From: Candidatus Methanofastidiosia archaeon
GTDB taxonomy: Archaea; Methanobacteriota_B; Thermococci; Methanofastidiosales; NM3
Direction: 5' to 3'
DNA length: 40,568 nt
Assembly: GCA_016930445.1 (NCBI GenBank)
Contig: JAFGGT010000027.1
Location: 1 to 40,568 of the forward strand
The position numbers were made by a program, and so were the translations under genes. Position 1 is the stretch's first letter, and each line of letters starts with the position of its first letter. The notes under the pieces were generated by a model. That model was not told the DNA's origin and did not search any database. It saw only the letters and a program-made list of their open reading frames with translations. This document shows, in pieces, positions 26,337 to 33,137 of this stretch.

Positions 26337-27487
26337 TCGACAAGAATGAAATTATGAAGATAGCCAACGATTATGATAAGGACAATGTTAAGATAGGGGC
26401 TCTAGCCTCTCATTCTGCTCTCGACGTGGCCGATGGGGCCATTGAGGAGGGTTTCAAGACCGTTCTCTACTGCCAGAAGGGCAGGGAGAGGACATATGCC
26501 AATTACTTCAGGGCAAAGAGGGTGGCCGGCAAGGTTGTAAGGGGCTTTGTCGACGAATGCCACGTATATGGCAAGTTCAGCGAGATGGTGGCTCCGGGGG
26601 AACAGGATAAGATGGTCCGGGACAACGTCATCTTCGTTCCGAACAGGTCGTTCACCTCATACATACCCTTGAAGGTCGTAGAGGACGAGTTCAGGGTGCC
26701 GATGTTCGGTTCAAGGAACATGCTCAGGATGGAGGAGCGCTCGGAACAGCAGTCATATTACTGGCTTCTAGAGAAAGGTGGTCTACCTTTCCCTGAAAAG
26801 ATCGATGATCCTGAGGACATAGACGAGCTTGTCGTTGTAAAGCTCCATCATGCCCAAAAGAAGCTTGAGAGAGGATTCTTTACCGCCTCATCATACCAGG
26901 AGTACAAGGAGAAGTCGGACCAACTTGTCCAACAGGGCGTCATAACGAGGGACGATCTGGCAGGCGCCAGGATAGAGCGCTACATCATAGGCCCTGTCTT
27001 CAACTTCGACTTCTTCTATTCGCCCTTGGAGGAGGAATATGAGAAAGTGGAGCTTCTGGGCGTGGACTGGAGATTCGAGACCTCACTCGATGGGCATGTG
27101 AGGCTTCCAGCGGACCAGCAGATGAAGCTCAATGAGAAGCAGTTCCTTCCAGAGTACACTGTCTGTGGGCACAACTCTGCCACAGTGAGAGAGTCGCTCT
27201 TGGAGAGCGTCTTCTCAATGGCGGAGAAGTTCGTAAAGGTTTCAGAGAGGCATTACGATCCAGGGATCATAGGCCCGTTCTGCCTTCAGACCTGCATAGA
27301 CAAGGACCTCAATTATTATATCTACGATGTCGCGCCCAGGGTCGGAGGCGGCACGAACGTCCATATGGCTGTGGGCCATCCATATGGCAACTCCCTCTAC
27401 AGGGCTAACGTTTCCACAGGGAGGCGCGTTGCCATGGAGATAAGGAGAGGTCTAGAGGAGGACCGCCTCTCAGAGATCCTTACGTAG
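26333..27487 (+). CDS. purP: FAICAR synthetase, paralog 2
   Basis: 384-aa ORF with a full-length ATP-grasp PurP pattern (IGALASHSAL, FGSRNMLRMEER, IIGPFCLQ, DVAPRVGGGTN). Its ATG overlaps the paralog 1 stop (ATGA). Confidence 0.85.
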   Translation: MIDKNEIMKIANDYDKDNVKIGALASHSALDVADGAIEEGFKTVLYCQKGRERTYANYFRAKRVAGKVVRGFVDECHVYGKFSEMVAPGEQDKMVRDNVIFVPNRSFTSYIPLKVVEDEFRVPMFGSRNMLRMEERSEQQSYYWLLEKGGLPFPEKIDDPEDIDELVVVKLHHAQKKLERGFFTASSYQEYKEKSDQLVQQGVITRDDLAGARIERYIIGPVFNFDFFYSPLEEEYEKVELLGVDWRFETSLDGHVRLPADQQMKLNEKQFLPEYTVCGHNSATVRESLLESVFSMAEKFVKVSERHYDPGIIGPFCLQTCIDKDLNYYIYDVAPRVGGGTNVHMAVGHPYGNSLYRANVSTGRRVAMEIRRGLEEDRLSEILT

Positions 27488-28165
27488 GGACCTGTTCCTA
27501 GAATCCATTATCAGCCTCTCCAAGGTGCCATAGGCCTTTATGGCATCTTCCTTTTCAAATAGGAACACGAATTCCGTGAATGTCGAGAATATGTCGATGA
27601 TGTTGAGTTTTGCCAGTGTGATGGACCTCAGGAGCGAGTATAGATAACCAGGTATGTTGACGATGTTCTCTGGGTACTTGCAGTCGATTATCGTCACGTT
27701 CTCCATGAGCGTGAGGGGCCTGAATGAGGACGTGTGCTTTAGGAAGTCCTTGAGCCTGTCCCTCTCAAGCACGACGGAGAGCTCTTGCGAAGACTGCACC
27801 ATGAAGAAGGTCTCCCCATGCTCCCATCTTATAAGCTCGTTAACAGATTCTATGGTCTTTATGAGGTCATAGTTCTTCAGGTATGCCACTATGGCTATAT
27901 CGTTCTTTAAGACTAGCTTGGTCCTTGATATGGCCAAGTTGAGCCTTTCCTCATCGCCGACAGATTCCTTGAAGTGATATCTTTGGATTGCCACGGATAT
28001 CGATTCCAAAGACACATCCTTCCCCGTCCTTCTCTCGACCTCGGGCTGTATCCATCTTGCGAGGCCGTTGAAGTTGACGATGTTGTTCAGTAGGTAGTCG
28101 CCCATCAGCGGCAGTGAGTCTATGATCTCGAACACGATCCTTGCAACGCTCTTTTCCTGTTTCAT
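27470..28165 (-). CDS. Hypothetical protein, possibly a small-ligand-binding (ACT-like) regulator
   Basis: The ORF is read from MKQEKS. The C-terminal half (VTIIDCKYPENIVNIPGYLYSLLRSITLAKLNIIDIFSTFTEFVFLFEKEDAIKAY) has the beta-alpha-beta-beta-alpha-beta feel of ACT domains. I recall no confident family match. Confidence 0.55.
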   Translation of the reverse strand: MKQEKSVARIVFEIIDSLPLMGDYLLNNIVNFNGLARWIQPEVERRTGKDVSLESISVAIQRYHFKESVGDEERLNLAISRTKLVLKNDIAIVAYLKNYDLIKTIESVNELIRWEHGETFFMVQSSQELSVVLERDRLKDFLKHTSSFRPLTLMENVTIIDCKYPENIVNIPGYLYSLLRSITLAKLNIIDIFSTFTEFVFLFEKEDAIKAYGTLERLIMDSRNRSLRKDL

Positions 28166-28328
28166 CGCCAACAACCATATCAATATATGTTACTTTTGGA
28201 ACAATTAATGTGTGTATGATATATTAATATATTTATCCGGTGATTTAAATTGCATGAATTATTATATATTTATTATTTGTGACATATATCAATAAAATAT
28301 ACCAATATCCTTTGCATTTGTAAATAAT

Positions 28329-28347
28329 AAACTATATATATTTTAAT
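28329..28347 (+). promoter_or_regulatory. Putative BRE/TATA promoter AAACTATATATATTTTAAT for the zinc-ribbon gene
   Basis: An AT-rich box lies about 25-40 nt upstream of GTG 28371. It is nearly identical to the box upstream of glmM. Confidence 0.35.
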
Positions 28348-28370
28348 AGCGATAGTTATTTGGTGATAAT

Positions 28371-28637
28371 GTGCCAGGAAGAATAATTAAGCTAAGCAAG
28401 GGGGACTGTTTTGACAATGGTCCTGAGTGTTCCTGCGGAAGCAACAGCTGGAAGGTAGGCGACAGCTGTCTGGAGTGCAAGGAATGTGGAAGCGTACTAG
28501 AGAGCAAGGGACAGATAGAGGCTATTATTAAGGATGAGGAAAAGAACTGCGGATTCGGGGACTTCCTGATAGGTGGCAGAAGGTCCAAGGGAGTCAATTG
28601 CGGCGGAAAAGTGGAGATACATCCTGAAGAGAAGTAA
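28371..28637 (+). CDS. Small zinc-ribbon protein (88 aa)
   Basis: GTG start behind GGTGAT-N3 and a TATA-like box. CSCGSNSW...CLECKECG forms a four-Cys ribbon. There are no internal Met residues. Confidence 0.45.
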   Translation: MPGRIIKLSKGDCFDNGPECSCGSNSWKVGDSCLECKECGSVLESKGQIEAIIKDEEKNCGFGDFLIGGRRSKGVNCGGKVEIHPEEK

Positions 28638-28728
28638 TTGATGTGCCCGAATACTAGTTTAAATCAATAACATCTCAATAGCTTTGGCTGAAAGTAAATT
28701 ATTGGAAAATGATGGCGGAGGTACGAAA

Positions 28729-29121
28729 ATGGGCAAGGTAGGAGATGTGTTCTCATGCAAGGCCTGTGCAAAGGTCGAAGCCCTCTATTATGGGATCAAC
28801 GACAAGGAAAAGGCGCAGGACTCCCTAAATCTGTTGAGCGACATAGAGAGCATGCTTCAGGAGTTCAGGATGGAGACAGAGAAGCTCGATCTTGACAAGA
28901 TGCTCAACATTCAGATAGCGACACAGTACAAGAACGCGGCAACCCAGTTCCTGCATCTGGAGGACTACTTCAACGGCATCAAGCAGGGAAAGGGGCCTTC
29001 AATGGATGATGAGACGGCAAGAAAGTACGTTTCCAATCTGCATCTGATCGTTAACAGCTTCATCGACTATGCAAAGGAGATAGACAGGGCACATAAGAAA
29101 GATGGATTCGAGGAGGATTAA
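28729..29121 (+). CDS. Hypothetical helical protein with an N-terminal CxxC (130 aa)
   Basis: The start is taken at MGKVGDV because GGAGGT lies 6 nt upstream. CKAC lies near the N-terminus and the rest is predicted helical. Its stop overlaps the 3' end of the convergent MBL gene. Confidence 0.5.
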   Translation: MGKVGDVFSCKACAKVEALYYGINDKEKAQDSLNLLSDIESMLQEFRMETEKLDLDKMLNIQIATQYKNAATQFLHLEDYFNGIKQGKGPSMDDETARKYVSNLHLIVNSFIDYAKEIDRAHKKDGFEED

Positions 29122-30482
29122 TCCTCCTCCAGCGGACATGTGAGAGAGTTCCAGCTCGTGATGCCTCCGAGCATGACCACGAGGTCCTTCCATCCTTCCC
29201 TTTTTAACAGGCTTGCCGCTGTCATGGACCTAAGTCCGCTGCCGCAGAATATGTGCACTTCCCTATCCTTAGGGACCTCGTTTTTCCTTTCCGGAAGGTC
29301 AGTTATGTGTATATGATGGGAGTATGGCAGCTTTCCCTCCCTAGCGATCTCCTCATCGCCTCTGACATCGAGTATCCATGCGTCCTCGCTGCCATTGTCA
29401 ATGCTCTTGCACAGGTCCTGCACCGTCTTTGTTATGATACCCTCGCTGGCGTTCCCTGCCATATGCCATGAAAGCATCGCCTTCACTAGATAGCCTTTGA
29501 TGTTGTCGTATCCCATCCTGGCGAGGTATCTGATTGTTTTTTGGACTTCCATACCATCCGCGACTAGCAAGATGTCCCTATCGTATGGAAGGAACCATCC
29601 GCCGAAGCTTGGGATGCCGTCCGCCCAAATAGATATGGACCCTGGAACATGGGCAGAGCCAAAACCAAGTTCGGTCCTTGCATCCAGTATTATCGAGTCC
29701 TTCGAGGCGTACTTGAACTCTTTCGGGCTCATTGACCTTGGCGAGGGCATTTCAGTAAGCCTTGGGGTGCCGACAAGATTCCTCTCCTCCATCATCCTGA
29801 AGTATGGGGGGTAATCGAGCATCTTTGCCGTGGCGCTGACGAACCTTTCCTTGCCCCCATGTTTGAGCTTGGGATTAAGCTTCCTCTCGAGCCCTATCGT
29901 GGTCCATACCCTGTCCGCGATGCTGTCACCGCACACCGAGCCGGCACCATGGGCCGGGCAGAGCAAGGTCCCGTCGTCATGCCCGATTATCTTCTGTATG
30001 CTTTCGTAAAGGAGGCCCGACATCTCTTCCAGACGGTCGCGCCCCATGAAATCTGTCCTTCCAACATCACCAGCGAAAAGCGCATCTCCCGAGAATACGG
30101 CCCATGTTTCTCCCTCCGGCCCGTACAGCACATAGCTCTTGCTCCCAAGGGTGTGGCCAGGCGTGTCGATGGCCTCGATCCCCAACCTGCCGACGCTTAT
30201 CCTCTTCCCTTCTGCGAGAATCTTGCCATATCCGTACTCAAGATGGCCGTCCGCATGCAGGATGTCCGCCCCCGTCTTGGCGGAAAGCTCCACCGAGCCA
30301 ACGATGAAGTCCTCGTGACGGTGCGTCTCAAGAATGTATCTTATTGACATCCCTTGCTTTTCGGACATTTTGACGTACACGTCGCAATCCCTGCGTGGAT
30401 CTATCACCACAGCCTCGTTCTTGTCCCCCACCAGGTAGGAGTAGTGGGCTATGCCCTCAGACTCGACCCTCTTGAAGAGCAA
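29118..30482 (-). CDS. MBL-fold persulfide-dioxygenase-like domain fused to one pseudo-rhodanese and one catalytic rhodanese domain (CstB-like architecture)
   Basis: The N-terminal MBL domain has ETHRHEDF, DTPGHT and PAHG motifs. The middle rhodanese-like domain has no active-site Cys (LLVADG). The C-terminal rhodanese has the active-site loop FCGSGLRS. Confidence 0.75.
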   Translation of the reverse strand: MLFKRVESEGIAHYSYLVGDKNEAVVIDPRRDCDVYVKMSEKQGMSIRYILETHRHEDFIVGSVELSAKTGADILHADGHLEYGYGKILAEGKRISVGRLGIEAIDTPGHTLGSKSYVLYGPEGETWAVFSGDALFAGDVGRTDFMGRDRLEEMSGLLYESIQKIIGHDDGTLLCPAHGAGSVCGDSIADRVWTTIGLERKLNPKLKHGGKERFVSATAKMLDYPPYFRMMEERNLVGTPRLTEMPSPRSMSPKEFKYASKDSIILDARTELGFGSAHVPGSISIWADGIPSFGGWFLPYDRDILLVADGMEVQKTIRYLARMGYDNIKGYLVKAMLSWHMAGNASEGIITKTVQDLCKSIDNGSEDAWILDVRGDEEIAREGKLPYSHHIHITDLPERKNEVPKDREVHIFCGSGLRSMTAASLLKREGWKDLVVMLGGITSWNSLTCPLEED

Positions 30483-30488
30483 TTTCTC

Positions 30489-31370
30489 TCACCTCGGGTT
30501 CTTTCCTGTAACAGTAGGGTTGTCAGGATAGGAGCTCCACTCAGTGAATGACCCTTCATAGATCTTTACGCGCGGATATTTTAGATACCATTTGAAGAGC
30601 AGGAACTCGTTAGTCGCTTCCCTGCCGGTGCCGCAGCTGCAGATGATAAGTTTGTCCTTTCCGATGCCATTCTGCTTTAGCAATGCGCTAATGTCATCGT
30701 CGCTTTTAAGGAGCATGGTGTTCTCAGGTGTCATGAACTTTTTCCATGGCATACTGCGTGCGCCCGGAATGTGCCCTGGCTTTATCCATGGACCTTGTCC
30801 TTCGTATAAATTCTCAGGCCTCGCATCGAGAAGAATGACGTCCTCTCTGTCCTTCATATCCTTGAACTCCTCATAACCGATGAAGAGCTCTTCATGGACA
30901 TCTGCCCTGAAGCTCGTATCTTCCACTTCGGGAAATACCTTCGATAACGGCCTTCCCTCTACTTCCCACCTGTCAAGGCCTCCGTTAAGTATGCGGACCT
31001 TCTTAACGCCGAACCTAGCGAGCGAATAGGTCAGCATTGTCTGTGCGAGGCCATCGCCCCAACCAGAGAACGCGCCCTTTGCAGTGTAGACGACTACTTC
31101 CCTCCTCTTGTCGATGCCGACCCTTCCTAGAAGCGATTCCACGCAGCTTGTTGGCACATAGCATCCCGGCCTGCCATTGAGCGGTACTCTCAAGAGCCCC
31201 TCGTTGAAGTAGATCGCTCCTGGTATGTGCTCTTGAATATAATCGTGGATGTTCGGTTGGGCATCTAGGATTATGATGTCCTCTTGAAGATTGTCCTCCA
31301 ACCATTCGGTCGAGGCCCATCTAACTTCATTTTCTGATATATTTATCACCGTATAAATTATTATTAACAT
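30489..31370 (-). CDS. Tandem-rhodanese sulfurtransferase (thiosulfate / 3-mercaptopyruvate type)
   Basis: 293-aa ORF with two rhodanese domains. The first lacks the catalytic Cys. The second has CSCGTGREAT, resembling the CGSGVT loop of the MST/SseA type. Confidence 0.8.
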   Translation of the reverse strand: MLIIIYTVINISENEVRWASTEWLEDNLQEDIIILDAQPNIHDYIQEHIPGAIYFNEGLLRVPLNGRPGCYVPTSCVESLLGRVGIDKRREVVVYTAKGAFSGWGDGLAQTMLTYSLARFGVKKVRILNGGLDRWEVEGRPLSKVFPEVEDTSFRADVHEELFIGYEEFKDMKDREDVILLDARPENLYEGQGPWIKPGHIPGARSMPWKKFMTPENTMLLKSDDDISALLKQNGIGKDKLIICSCGTGREATNEFLLFKWYLKYPRVKIYEGSFTEWSSYPDNPTVTGKNPR

Positions 31371-31466
31371 AGATATAAAATATATGGAAATAAACTGGTA
31401 GAATCACACCATATCTCGCATAGTGGAGAAATGTATTAATTCATATGAAAGAACTATGCTTGCATA

Positions 31467-32135
31467 ATGAGGATATATGACCTGCCTATGGAGAGATTGA
31501 AAAGTACTGATTTTCATATTCACACCAGTTACTCTGATGGCAGGAACACAGTATACGAGTATTGTCAAAGGGCATTAGAGAACGGCCTTGAGGCAATAGC
31601 TTTCACAGAACATGTGAGAAGGAATCTTACCTACGATTTCTCCGAACTTCGGAAAGATGTATTTAAAGCACGGGAGATGTACAAGGACCTGAACATATAC
31701 ATAGGATGCGAGGCAAAGGTCCTGGACCTGTCAGGGAGCTTGGACATACCCAACTCTTTGATTGGCAAGCTGGATTTCATTACAGCGGTCTTCCATAGCT
31801 TCAGATATCATGGGAAGGAGGATTACCTGACCGCCCTAAGGTCGATGATATGTGACCCGCACGTCGATGTATGGGGACATCCAACACTGTATGCCTCTAG
31901 AATGGGCTTTGCCTTGGATAGGGATGAGATTACCGAGATCGTGGAACTCTGTATCGAGAACGCAATTCTTTTGGAGCGTAACATCAAATACGGGCTTCCA
32001 GATTGTGAGTTTATAAGCATAGCATTGGAGACGGGAGCGAGATTCATTATAGGGAGCGATTCTCACAGCATCGAGCAGTTGCCGACAAGGGAAAGGATAG
32101 AAAGTGAATGGGAATTGCTTCAAAGATACAAATAA
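31467..32135 (+). CDS. PHP-family metal-dependent phosphoesterase (histidinol-phosphatase-like)
   Basis: DFHIHTSYSDG N-terminal motif, FTEH, and a later GSDSH motif. Confidence 0.8.
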   Translation: MRIYDLPMERLKSTDFHIHTSYSDGRNTVYEYCQRALENGLEAIAFTEHVRRNLTYDFSELRKDVFKAREMYKDLNIYIGCEAKVLDLSGSLDIPNSLIGKLDFITAVFHSFRYHGKEDYLTALRSMICDPHVDVWGHPTLYASRMGFALDRDEITEIVELCIENAILLERNIKYGLPDCEFISIALETGARFIIGSDSHSIEQLPTRERIESEWELLQRYK

Positions 32136-32174
32136 GAAAATATGGTAATCTGCTCACATTTCATTACCGAAAGC

Positions 32175-32214
32175 TTTATAAACCAAGATGTTAATTTGTT
32201 AACATAAAGTTAAC
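32175..32214 (+). promoter_or_regulatory. Putative promoter (TTTATAAA box) plus operator-like array of GTTAA(C/T) hexamers upstream of the ArsR-type gene
   Basis: TTTATAAA lies at 32175-32182. The inverted repeat ATGTTAA-tttg-TTAACAT lies at 32188-32205. GTTAAC-ataaa-GTTAAC lies at 32198-32214. The ATG is at 32250. Confidence 0.4.
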
Positions 32215-32249
32215 TTATAATTTTGATAAGCTGATGACTTTCTCAGGGT

Positions 32250-32921
32250 ATGGACATGTCTGATGAGGATGTACTTTTCAATCTGCTTGGAAATGAGACC
32301 AGGCGAATGATATTGAAGATGTTAGCCACAGGGCCATGTTACACGACTGAGATAGCAGAGAAGCTGAACATCGGACAAAAGGCGATAAACGAGCACATGA
32401 GGCTCCTGCAGGAGGCGGGGGTCGTCGACCTGTACATACAGAAGCAGAGCCGAGGAAGCCCTAGGAAATACTTCAAGATAAACAGGAGGGTCAGGCTCGA
32501 GTTCATGATGGGCCCATACAGCTTCGATACAATATCCAACGATTTCATCGAATCCGAGTTCTTGAAGTGCCCTGAAGAGTTCCCCGAGTTCAAGGAGCTG
32601 GAGGAAGAGGTCAAAAAGACCCAGAAGATCAAGGAGATAGGAATGCTCTCAAGGGTGGTAAGCAATCTTAACGTTGAGCTTGATAGGGTGTCAAAGGCAA
32701 AGCGATACATCGAATACAAGATAATGCAGGTAAAACAGCAATGTACAAATCTCTGCAATGAGATGGGGCTTGAAGATAGTGAGAAAAGATTGGTGCTCGA
32801 ACTTGTAACTGCCGGAGGAAAGCTTTCTGTGGTCGACCTTTCAGACAGATTGCGCGTGGACGAGAAGGAGATAACAGAATCGCTGAACAATCTCAAGCAC
32901 AAGGGGATCATAAAGGTCTGA
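32250..32921 (+). CDS. ArsR-family winged-helix transcriptional regulator with coiled-coil linker and a second C-terminal wHTH-like domain
   Basis: LGNETRRMILKMLATGPCYTTEIAEKLNIGQKAINEHMRLLQEAGVV is a classic ArsR/SmtB HTH. A charged helical middle is followed by a C-terminal KRLVLELVTAGGKLSVVDLSDRLRVDEKEITESLNNLKHKGII. Confidence 0.75.
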   Translation: MDMSDEDVLFNLLGNETRRMILKMLATGPCYTTEIAEKLNIGQKAINEHMRLLQEAGVVDLYIQKQSRGSPRKYFKINRRVRLEFMMGPYSFDTISNDFIESEFLKCPEEFPEFKELEEEVKKTQKIKEIGMLSRVVSNLNVELDRVSKAKRYIEYKIMQVKQQCTNLCNEMGLEDSEKRLVLELVTAGGKLSVVDLSDRLRVDEKEITESLNNLKHKGIIKV

Positions 32922-33137
32922 GCCAGAGAAGCCGGGGCTTTAGTTCAATCAACTTCTATTAATACTGGTGATCAGAACGGCATCATGCAAAACGGAGGAT
33001 GAAGGTAGTTTTCTATGCTATCAACGGGACATTCATCTCCAAAAACAATAAATTATCGCATGATTGTCAAAATTTGTATAATCAAATAAAAAAATTTATT
33101 AATCGAGCATTTTTATCCTTGTTTGGTAGTGTATACA

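Noticed and set aside
28219-28232. Perfect palindrome ATATATTAATATAT in the AT-rich gap
   Set aside because: It is composed only of A and T in a low-complexity region, so it is expected by chance and carries little information.
29118-30482. HRHEDF instead of the canonical HxHxDH in the MBL domain, first read as an inactivating change
   Set aside because: Mononuclear persulfide-dioxygenase-type MBL enzymes do not use the second-site His. As I recall, an aromatic residue at this position is common in rhodanese-fused members. This is a family trait rather than decay.
32960-33010. Possible C/D-box sRNA (GGATGAAGG and GTGATCAGA elements) in the arsR-alaS intergenic region
   Set aside because: Neither element matches RUGAUGA/CUGA properly, and there is no terminal stem or C'/D' pair.
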